A stretch of DNA of 64,000 nt from Malacoraja senta (Eukaryota): assembly GCA_038087875.1 (NCBI GenBank), contig CM075993.1:3226001-3290000 (forward strand). Direction: 5' to 3'. Below are positions 53,861 to 64,000 of this stretch, piece after piece (the stretch's first letter is position 1; each line of letters opens with the position of its first letter). The notes beneath the pieces are model-generated. The model was not told where the DNA came from and did no database searches. It saw only the letters and a list, made by a program, of their open reading frames with translations. Position numbers and translations under genes: made by a program.

Positions 53861-54214
53861 TTTAACATATCTTTTAGTTCAATATTTCCACAGCTAATGA
53901 TTCAGATTTCACTTTCTGTAGATGACTGTGTATGATTGTGGCTTAGTGTGAATTATTGTCTGATAACACTCATGCACCACCTTGGGACATGTTATTACAT
54001 TAAGGCCACCATTAAGGCCACCGTATTTGTTATTATAAAGTAGACTCCAACTATTTTTTTTGGTGGCCAATCCAGTACATTATTTTATTCTTACACATGA
54101 TTTTATTACTTAAAAATACAAATTTGAAATTTTGCATATCTCCGCACAACATTAAATTGGTTGAATTATACAAATATTTAATCAGTGCTATTCTAAACTC
54201 ACCAAAGTATAATA

Positions 54215-54328
54215 TTATAATTTGTCTAGACCTATCTCCTCTGGGGTAGGAATTCCGAGTTCAGTTAGCGTGGGCCGGAGTTCTCGAATAACGTACGGAT
54301 AGATCTCTTTGTGAGGCCCGGCTTTATC
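54215..54328 (-). CDS. COX5A: COX5A exon 4 coding part ([37 protein letters not shown])
   Basis: Matches the COX5A C-terminus; ttttgcag acceptor; TAA at 54217-54215; a GTGAG donor 12 nt after the stop (exon end 54203) implies a separate non-coding last exon. Confidence 0.97.
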   Translation of the reverse strand, partial: DKAGPHKEIYPYVIRELRPTLTELGIPTPEEIGLDKL

Positions 54329-55718
54329 CTGCAAAAGTTGAGAGGAGTCAACATTAATTCAGCCATATAATGCAATAAACCTGACCACAGCAAAACTCCA
54401 ATAATCTGGCGTACAAATATCCAGCATATGGCACCCTCCTGCAATCTGAAAATGCGAGCAGGGGTAGGTGGCCTGAACGGAGGTAGCAAACACTGGCGGG
54501 GGTGGAGTCAGGAAACACTGGTTGGATTTGTGGCCTGTTCTAGGGTATGAAGTTCTTGCATGTTTCAGATCGCTTTGACAAGTTGAAACATACACGCTGA
54601 AACTTAACAGGTTCCGCTTCCTGCTGCTGTTTAAACTCCCTTCAAACTCAGGGGGTTTTACAGATTTTGTTTCTCTTATATTACTGTGCAACGTTTTAAG
54701 TGAAAAGATTACACTGGGGATGTGCCAAATTATTGGAGAATGACTGCATCGCTCAGGCACCAGCATTTGCATGGTTATATTATGGACTAAAAGAGCTGGC
54801 TTATTCCGATACAAGTAAACAGCTTATTTCAACTTAAAGCAGCAATTCACCAGCGCCAACACTGAAGCTACCTTTTATTCTAAATTCACTTTGGCATTAA
54901 AGGCACTCCCTTCTGTTTTCGCCCTTCGTGGAAAAAAATGTATATGTTGAAATCCAAACGGGTGCCTTTGTTTTCTGCGAGAATATCATTAATAGTTTGA
55001 TCTAAGGATATGCCAATTCTGGGGAAGGCCATATTCCCAATTCTAAGGGGTATTAAGAATCAATTGCATAGCGTAAGACTGCAGGCAACGGCACCACAGG
55101 GAGCAGTGTCAGTGGTGCGTAGATTATTCATTGTTTGCTTGCAAGGTGCACAGTGGAAATGCAGGGAATAGTCGGGTCACATCTGAGGGAAGAAAAACAG
55201 AGTTAAAAGGTCTCCAATGAGGTAGACGGTAGGTCAGGACTGCTCTCTAGTTGGTGATGGGATGGGTCAGTTGCCTGTAATAGCTGGAAAGAAATTGCCC
55301 TTGAATCTGGAGGTATGTGGCTTCACACTTCAGTACCTCTTGCTTCAGGCTTCAGACAACAAGCCTCGTCAGTTCAGCAACAGAAGTAGGTAAATGAAGA
55401 CATGAAGTGCAGCATAGCCAGGATGGAAAATGGGCTAACAGTAAAGTATCACAGACTTTCAGTATTTGCAGCACTTAGCAACTTGCAAGAGGTTACATGT
55501 TTAAAGCATCTGAGCAATAAATAGGATATCTGCATTGCAGATTCAAACAGGATGCAGCAACCAAAATTGCCTCCATTTTATAGCTCTGCAAAAAATAATA
55601 CTACACTATTCTCATGTGCAAACTTAATATCTCACCCAGATATCAACATACTACAATCTTTTACCTTCATGATTACAAAACAAGTAACTGAAGGTAAAGC
55701 AGTTTCAATTCCACTGAC

Positions 55719-55840
55719 CTTGACTGCTTCGAGGATACGGATTGCACTAGCTAGATCATTTAATCTACGGCATGCTCTCAGGGCTGCATCAATAATGTTG
55801 GGTTCAGGAACCAGATCGTATCCAATGAGGGTGTTCATTC
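55719..55840 (-). CDS. COX5A: COX5A exon 3 ([41 protein letters not shown])
   Basis: Hallmark COX5A peptide; ttttactttcag acceptor, gtcagt donor; 122 nt, phase 1 to 0. Confidence 0.97.
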
Positions 55841-57808
55841 CTGAAAGTAAAATAGACATTCACTGCAGCAAAATCAGCAGAGGTTTTTCTTAAAACGACA
55901 ATTTTCAAAGAAATATCAAGCATTTAATGCAATGCAAGTGCACAATAGAATAGAAGGGACAGGGATCAGATTTGGGAAATTTAAATTGTGTGCTGCAAGG
56001 ACCAAGAATCCACATATGTCAAAGGCAGACACAAAATGCTGGAGTAACTCAGCGGGATGGGCAGCATCTCTGGAGACGTTTCGGACGAGACCCTTTTTCA
56101 GCGAGTCACTCCAGCATTTTGTGTCTACCTTCGTTTTAAACCAACATCTGCGTTCTTTCCTACACCAACATATGTCAGTCCCAGCTCAGACTGGCACAGA
56201 AGCGGAACTTGATTCAGGGTTAAATTGAAAAATTCCCAAATGGAACGCTGATCATTTTGTATTTCTTGCAGTTTACAGAAACAACTCCACGTTGAACCCT
56301 TTAACCCCCCCCCCCCCCACCACCAATTAACGGCCACCTATATCCCTCCTTCTGGCTCACATTTTACTCCTTCTCTCTCCTTATCTGACACCCTTTTCAT
56401 CTCTGTCCTTTGCCCACCTATCTGCCAATCCAAACACCTTCACTGTAGATGGACACAAAGTGTTGGAGTAACTCAACGGGTCTGGCAGCATCTCTGGAGA
56501 AAAAGAATGGGTGACGTTTCGGGTCGGGACCCTTCTTCGGATGGAACATCCCATACCCTTTTTCTCCCAGTGATGTTGCCTAACCGGTTGAGTTCCTTCA
56601 GCGCTTTGTGTCTACGTTTGGTTTCCACGAGCATCTGCTGTTCCTTTCTACACCCCTTCACTTGTATCCGCCTATCAGGTTCCAGCCCTTGCCCTGCCAT
56701 CACCTCCTTTCCAGCAACCTTTGCCCTACTATAATCAGGACCCCAACCTAAATGTCGCCGATCCATGTCCTCCAGAGATGTTGCCTGTCCCACAAGTTAC
56801 TCTGGGACTTTGTGCTAACTGTCCCCGCATTGAAAATAGTTACACAGCAGAATACAAACTGCATTTAGCGCCAACAGTTATCAATCCAAATTGGCTTGGA
56901 GCAGCAGTGTATGTCACACACCATACAGCCAAATCCAGTCTACTGGAGATAGACACAAAAAGCTGGAGTAACTCAGTGGGCCAGACAGCATCTCTGGAGA
57001 AAACAAATAGGTGAAGTTTCAGGACAATTCCCTTCTTCAGACCGAGTCATTCAGACTGCAGTTCCTCACTACGGATGTTCTTGCTCCAAAAGTCTCCAAC
57101 AAGAACTCAACCCCAACCAAGTGACCCTCTCACATTCTTAACGGATACAGGTGAACCTATGTCATCTACAAAATACACTTGCCACAAACCCACATGGTTG
57201 CTAATTCACACATCTCACTCAAAATAGCACATGAACAGACACTCACGTGGGCAAAAGCTCTGCCACACATTCACCTTGTTCCCACCCCGGCCAAATGTCT
57301 TGTTCGTTCCCACTGCAGGCAGTACCCAAATGACAGCTTCAGACAAACCACAATTACGGGAAAACAAACAGACTTCAGGAGAAAATTTGGAAGAAAAATG
57401 AATGGAGGTAAAATTCTCCTTTCACCTCCACAGGATCATAATGCACAAATGAACTGATCACCTGCTTTCAATGGGGCTTGTGAGGGGACGGGGATATTAA
57501 TTCACAACTTCACAAGTAAGAGGAGTAGAATTAAGCCATTCTGCCCATCGATTCTACTCCACCATTCAATCATGGCTCATCTCTGTCTCCTAATTTTCTG
57601 CCTTCACCCCATAACCCATGACAAAATTCAGATTTTTAATGTAAAAATAAATTTGTCATGATTCACATTACAATTCTTCTTCCAACTTTATTCAAACTGT
57701 AGTAAGGAAAGCTTGATTTTTGGACAATAGACATGGTCTATGAGGTTGAAACGTTCTCCGAGGGGCAGTGACATCAACAGGGCTATCCCAACAGATTTTT
57801 CTTTTTAC

Positions 57809-57926
57809 CTTTTCGGGAGCTCCCAGGCGTCGATGTCAGGCTTGTTGAAGTACGTCACCCAGCGGGCATCAAACTCCTCATCCGTCTCCTGCTTCCCATG
57901 TGAATACCATCGTGCAGCAAGGGCAG
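57809..57926 (-). CDS. COX5A: COX5A exon 2 ([37 protein letters not shown]..), with one extra base near the 3' end
   Basis: Translation matches the COX5A mature N-terminus; tttgacag acceptor and gtaaaa donor; 118 nt where 117 is needed for phase 1 to phase 1. Confidence 0.95.
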
Positions 57927-60900
57927 CTGTCAAAGAAATGCATGCTTCAAGCCCCACTGCAAAATCCTACTTTCAGCAACCAATATTTTCAATGGCGTAC
58001 TGCTCCACATACACTTGCTGCAGTTCTTTCATTTCATTAAATAATCATCTTACAGATAATTAAACAGATGGGACACCTAGTGACTGCCACCATTAATTAA
58101 TCCCATGCATTATTGTAATTTCCTCTTGCGGACATCTAGACCAAGGTCACAATTTATTTCCAGTCTCCAACGTGCAAAGCTGAGAATTCATCCAACTATA
58201 ACACAAGGCTGCTGTAATTTTATTTGTGAAATATTTTTAAGAACAGATGAGCACATTTTCCAGAGTATTAACAAGGAATTGAATTATCATAATTATCATT
58301 AACCCGTCTTGTGCAAAGAGAAAATCAAGCAAAGAGAAAATCAAGCCATGAACAAGACAGATGACCAAGAAGATTACAGTTTGTATCAGTTGCCAAACAG
58401 TTCCAAACTCAACAAATCAATCTCAGTTGAAGACTTCAAGATGTTAAAATGCAGATCATGATCAAAGATATTTCAGTGAAGGTTTACCATGTTCATTGTC
58501 CCATCCATATGACATATGACAATAAAACACTCTTGACGTCTGGACTGTAGAATTCTAAATTGCTCAATGGCAATTAAACAAGGTGACAGTAAACCAGAAA
58601 CATTTCAATACGTTGGCAAAATAAAAACCCTAACCTGATTTGGGGAGAGTGAGGAAAAAAAAAGATTACAACTGATTCAAATCAGAAACAACCTGTTTCC
58701 GATGTCCAGTTCCTCGCATGTTTCAAAAAGACTTCCAAATAACCTGGCCCCTGACAATTTTTGGTAGATTTTCTGGGGTGGAGGGGCACCCATGAAATAA
58801 AAGCAATATTATGCCAGATTTGAATTGTGTTCAGTAAACGAACCTTCAATGTTGGGAACAGGCACCTAATCCACAATTCTTCTCGACACTTAAAACAAAA
58901 GATTGCCTGTAGGTGTGACTTTTGAAATTAATCCGGAAAGCAAGAGATTAATCTCTTTTGGAACGCAATGCTGGATCAGCAACAATAAATCTTGCCCAAT
59001 TTATTACAATGCTCATTTTGAAATATAAGGAAACGTTAATTATTAAGAGCCAAGCCCAAGCAGTTTCCCCAGAACCGAAACAAAATAAACCCTCAACTTC
59101 CTTAAAATGCTTCAAATGAACAGTTTAAGGGCTCACCACCAATGCTCAGCATCTTAACAAATTCAAAGACCAAAAAGGGGTGAAATGCTTCATCAACCAA
59201 TATTTTCCAAACATTTGGGAGCAATCTTGATAAACATATTTAGAAAAATAATAGCTGATATTTCACTATTCAACGAGGCCTTTTTAAAAATTGCCATTTA
59301 TATGAATACTGGCAAATGCAAAACTCTACTTGAAGTTCCCAGAGAGCTTGAAGAACAGCCACTATACTTCACAGAATTTTACATCAGATTTCACATGGCC
59401 TCTGTGTTTCAATCTTCCCTTTGACACCTGACATTGATTATACAACATGGCCTGGAGACTTAATAAAGAAAATGCCAAGCACAAGCAACAACTCCAGTTG
59501 CAACCCAAGGCCTCAGAGAGGTACTGCTGTTTTTTACCTGTCCAGTACGCCAAGACATTTCGGGAATAATAGCTGTTCCAAGCAGCTCATGTATCCCACG
59601 CCTGGATACAGACCGATTCAATTAGCTTTCCAAAGTAAGGCATTAATATATTTACAACTGGACATGCTGAATTAATTTAACTATTCATTAACTGAAGTTC
59701 AGTCATTTCCTATTCACGCTAGTTTAACAAAGCACGGATGCCAACACAGTAATAAACCAAAAAAATATATTCGGGCATCCTCTCTATTTCAGAGACAGGT
59801 TCTTCATGGCACTGCAAAAAATAAAGAAATGTATCCTCTGAAATGTGTGAGTTGACTCATAAGGTGCTCATTCAGACCCACAGACTATTGAGCCTTCTAA
59901 GCCTGCTTTGCAATTTGATAAGATCATTGTTAATCTGATTGTAACCTCAACACAGTGTTATCTTCTAACTACAATAACCTTTCACCCAATAATCCACACC
60001 CACCTTAAAAATATTCAAGGACAGTTTCCACTGCCTCGTGTGAAAGTTTAAAATAATGCACGACCTTCAAAAACGTTAATCTATCCCAAAACAATCCTCA
60101 CTTCAAGAGTGTCCCCCAAACAGGAAACAATCAAATCAATATACCATATGGGACGTGCGTTTTAGATTCCATAAAAGTAGGAGTCTTTTTGACAATTTGA
60201 ATAGTGCTGCAGCATTGGTGGAAATGCCTTCAGGCCAGAAGTAAAAGACGACCTTGAAATATCCTTCCACAAATGCGGTGTTAATTTCGGCGTTTGCAGA
60301 CGGAGGTGGTGACAATTTGGAAATTCTAATGAAAACTAAAAGAGAATAATCTTCAAATCCCAATACATTAGTCAAGCACATCAGTCATTTCCCCAAAATA
60401 CACGGGCCTCTGTCGGGCGTGCCTTAAGTATGCAAACGCTGCATTCTGGCTAACGATTAAGACAGCATTTCATGGTTTCTCGGATTTCTAGTTTGCATCG
60501 TTCTTAAACCACCACAATCACCCAAGGGTCATTAAAGATGTACACAAGGTGACAGCAATACAGGGAATGGTGGAAGAGGGAGATGTGGACAAAGGAGGAT
60601 GCAAGGGGGGGGGGGTGGAAGATTCAATCCAATTATATCTGGGGTAAGATGGAACGGTATTCAGAAAGCCGGTGAATGAAGTCTGCAGGGACACAGGGAA
60701 GGTGAACGTAATGAGTGGAAGGTGACTGCAAGGAGAAAGGAAAAAGATAATGTACTACTACTACCAGCGGGGGGGGGGGGGGGGGTTTAACAGTGGGTGG
60801 GGCAGCTAACATTGGCTGGGCTGAAGATATCCACAAAAGAAGTGTTAAAGAAAGGAACTGCAGATGCTGGAAAATCGAAGGTACACAAAAATGCTGGAGA

Positions 60901-61691
60901 AACTCAGCGGGTGCAGCAGCATCTATGGAGCGAAGGAAATAGGTAACGTTCGGGCCGAAACCCCTTCTTCAGAAGTGTCAGCAGTGTGGCTAACGATTAA
61001 GACAGCATTTCATGGTTTCTCGGATTTCTAGTTTGCATCGTTCTTAAAGGAGGAGGTGGATCGGAGGGTTGGGTGGATAGGATACGGACAAGGGAGGGGG
61101 GGGTAGGGAGAACTGTCAGCTGTGCAGTGAGTTCAGGGGGGGGGGGGGGAGTGACCAAAGATGCTATAGGATCTTTGGGAGTGACTGTAGGATGATAGTA
61201 GGAGGGTGTGGGGTTGAGGGAGAAGTAGGGTGGAAGGTTTGGAGGGAGGTGGTGATAGAATTCAGCTGTGCAGTTGGATTGTGGGGGGGGGGGGGGGTGA
61301 CTACAAGGTGAGGAAGGTAGGGAGGAGTTGAGGGAGGGGGTGAAGGGGTGAGGCTAGCGGTGAGGAGGTAACGGATTGAAGGGGGGGGGGTGAAGGGGAG
61401 GGGTGGGGACCGCAGGGCGAGGTCGGAGGGAGGGGTGAGGGAGGTGATCACCGCAAGGTGAGGGTAGGGGTGAGGGTGAGGGGGTGAGGGCGAGGGCTAC
61501 AGCCAGTGGAGGCCGGCGTGTGGACCCGAGGTCTCCCCGCCCACAGGCCCGAGGGCCTACCTCTCCTGCCGCCGGGTCATTACAAGGACACGGGCCGGTG
61601 CGGCTGCAGCGGGCAGGGGGGGAGCTCGGGAGAGCCCGGGGCTGGGCTGGGGACTGATGCCGCCTCACACACACACACTCCCCCCCAGTGC

Positions 61692-61701
61692 CCGCCATTT
61701 T
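61692..61701. promoter_or_regulatory. YY1-like motif CCGCCATTTT at the start of COX5A intron 1
   Basis: Match to the CCGCCATNTT consensus ~40 nt into intron 1; the related CCGCCATT lies at the FAM219B exon 1 donor (41553-41560). Confidence 0.45.
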
Positions 61702-61741
61702 AGGGGGTCGCCTGTCACCGCCGCCTCATGCTGTCTCTCAC

Positions 61742-61862
61742 CCGCCGGCTGGGCCCGGGCCTGGGCTGATGGTGTCCCCCCTCTGGCCGCCGCCCTCCTC
61801 CAAGCGGCCAGGCCGCCTCTGCTGCTGCTGCTGCTGCTGCACCTCAGCGCCGCTCGGAACAT
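61742..61862 (-). CDS. COX5A: COX5A exon 1 (mitochondrial targeting peptide MFRAALRCSSSSSSRGGLAAWRRAAARGG...QPA)
   Basis: ATG at 61862 in a CpG-rich region; Arg/Ala/Ser-rich presequence without acidic residues; GTGAG donor after 61742; 121 nt, phase 1, compatible with exon 2. Confidence 0.88.
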
Positions 61863-61964
61863 GGCTGCTCGCCGGCTGCTCCCCGCTCCTCACGTGGCGA
61901 TCGCCACCGCCGCTGCCTGGCTGAGAGGAGAGAGAGAGAGAGAGAGAGTGCGCCCGCCTCCTGC

Positions 61965-62900
61965 ACCGGAATTACGTCACCCGCCCCGCACTAGATGTCA
62001 CTTCTTACCCTCTCCCCTTCCCTCCCGCCCCGCACTGACGTCACCCGACAACCACCTCCGGATGTCACTTCCTCCCTTTCCGTCACCCGCCCCGCACTGA
62101 CGTCACCCGACAACCACCTCCGGATGTCACTTCCCTCCCTTTCCGTCACCCGCCCCGCACTGACGTCACCCGACAACCACCTCCTGATGTCACTTCCCGC
62201 CCTTTCCCTCTCCCGCCCCGCACTGACGTCACCCGACCACCTCCCCCTGATGTCACTTCCCTCCCTTTCCCTCTCCCGCCCCGCACTGACGTCACCGACC
62301 ACCTCCCCCTGATGTCACTTCCCGCCCTTTCCCTCTCCCGCCCCGCACTGACGTCATCGCTCCCGCCGGCAGGATGTCATTTCCGCCCCCTTCCCCTCTC
62401 CCGCCCCGCACTGACGTCATCAGCCAACCTCCTCCTGATGTCTGAAGAAGGGTTTCGGCCCGAAACGTTGCCTATTTCCTTCGCTCCATAGATGCTGCTG
62501 CTGCACCCGCTGAGTTTCTCCAGCATTTTTGTCTACCTTCCTCCTGATGTCACTTCCCTCCCTTTCCCTCACCCGCCCCGCACTGACGTCTTCCGACAAC
62601 CTCCCCCCATGATGTCACTTCCCTCCCCCCGCCCCGCACTGACGTCATCCACCCGCCGGCAAGGACGTCACTTCCGCCCCCTTCCCCTCTCCCGCCCCGC
62701 ACTGACGTCAGCCCTCCCCTTCCCGCCGGCAAGGTTGTCACTTCCGCCCCCTGTCCCTCTCCCGCCCCGCACTGACGTCAACCCTCCCCCTCCCCTGACA
62801 CGGACGTCATTTCCGCCCCTCTGTCTCTCTCCCCACACACACACACACGTTGGCAACCGAAGACACTTCCGCCCCTCTCTCAAGCCCCCGCTTCCGGCAC
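61965..62900 (-). promoter_or_regulatory. COX5A promoter: tandem array of ~11-12 units (~62-63 bp), each with GC-box, palindromic CRE and ETS-core motif
   Basis: Unit CCCGCCCCGCACTGACGTCA...GATGTCACTTCC; TGACGTCA at 62036, 62098, 62161, 62224, 62287, 62349, 62412, 62640, 62703, 62773. Confidence 0.78.
62441..62538 (+). mobile_element. PLE-derived fragment inserted in the COX5A promoter array
   Basis: TCTGAAGAAGGGTTTCGGCCCGAAACGTTG...GTCTACC flanked by duplicated CCTCCTGATGTC. Confidence 0.85.
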
Positions 62901-63074
62901 CTCCCTCCCCACAGATGCTGCCCGACCCGCTGAGTTACTGCAGCCATCTTGTTCTGTTACCACAGTGAGTGAGCTGGATTATCCATCCGTACGTGTGTTT
63001 GCCACAAAAAAACCTTCAGCTTTAACACTGTGAGATGTGAGTAAACAGCCTGAGATAATATGAGGAGAATAACC

Positions 63075-64000
63075 TAAAGGTAGCAATGTTACAGAATTTT
63101 GAGATTTTAAAAAATAAAGTCTGCAAATTTATCCCATCAGATAAAGCATAAAAAGACGTTAATTTGACACCTAATTCACTTTCATATCTTCAGTATTAAA
63201 AAAGTTATGGCCATTTTCATACTCGGAAATTAGCATCTTGTTCCCTATTGCTTTTCCATTGACTTAACACAAAAGCTGTGATCGAGGACAGTTAAAAGGC
63301 CCATAACTTTCTTAAAAAATTAAGAGAACTGAAAGAAATGTTCAGTTATTATAGATTGAAGCATTCTAAAACAAACATGAAACAATCTTACTTAGATGAC
63401 ATGAAATTAAAGCATATAATTAGTTAGTTACCTAATTGTAGCTAATTACAAAATTCAATTACTAGATCTAAACATCTATCAATTTCTTAAGAATAGATGA
63501 ACATTTTTAAATAGCCTAAGTGTCCAAATAACATTCACACAAGAATTCACAATATAACATATTTTTAAATCTCATTGTCATGGATTTACAGGGCCAAATG
63601 GAAGGAAATGAATGTTTAATACCTGTAAAATTAATGGGCATTTAAATCATCTTGCGAGTGGGTTTTTATGGAACGCGATCATTTGGAACGTTGATTTGCG
63701 GTGAATTTAACCCCGTATCGGCATGACAAATACTGCTGTTAGTTCGGGGAAAATAATCACCGTTTCGCATTTAAAAATGTGAATTAAAGGCCTCTTAAGA
63801 AGCATTTTTATACATAAAATAAACTGCTTTCGTTTACCTGTCCAATGTGGTGAAATCCGTCCCGTTGTCGGCATTGACGGCTTTCGAAGCTGATTTCAAA
63901 TAACTCCAGCGCTGAACTTGTCGATCGAATAAAAATAAAAAATACACAAAACGCCCGTCGGAACGATTCTTCAGCAAAAGCTGGCACTCCAACGAAATAT
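63075..64000. repeat. AT-rich block, possibly a non-autonomous DNA element running off the window end
   Basis: Abrupt composition change, lacks the local SINE/PLE repeats, contains opposed AAAGTTATGG / CCATAACTTT motifs; no terminus pair visible. Confidence 0.3.

Noticed and set aside
61050..61500. Pro-rich ORFs in G-rich tracts (also 41240-41480 and 31500-31700)
   Set aside because: Low-complexity intronic G/C-skewed DNA; G-quadruplex potential is plausible but nothing specific can be supported
22601..61862. COX5A and FAM219B as pseudogenes
   Set aside because: One indel each, both in short homopolymer runs; introns, splice sites, promoters and protein conservation are intact
61991..62968. 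Repetitive ORFs such as WLSGDVSAGR.. and RPALTSPD..
   Set aside because: By-products of a GC-rich tandem repeat with ~63-bp period; no splice or homology support

Overview
Eukaryotic vertebrate genomic DNA, most likely a cartilaginous fish (skate/ray). This assignment is inferred from HE1-like V-SINEs, HER1-like CR1 LINEs and abundant Penelope-derived repeats. The window holds two spliced genes on the minus strand in the conserved vertebrate order. COX5A has 4 coding exons (61862->54215) and FAM219B has 6 coding exons (41625->22601). Each gene has one apparent 1-bp frameshift in a short G/C run, probably consensus error. The rest is mostly transposon-derived: young 5'-truncated CR1 copies, tRNA-derived SINEs, Rex1/Babar-like LINE tails, four PIF/Harbinger-like MITEs and dozens of Penelope-like (PLE) 3' fragments. 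Four observations stand out. (1) Both promoters are built from tandemly amplified GC-box + CRE cassettes (~21 x ~29 bp and ~11-12 x ~63 bp). (2) The PLE repeat carries a minimal hammerhead-ribozyme-like motif present in many copies on both strands. (3) PLE pieces are inserted as fold-back hairpins bounded by variable 8-15 bp TSDs. (4) One PLE insertion appears to have carried a ~455-bp inverted copy of its own flank. All calls were made by eye without database searches.
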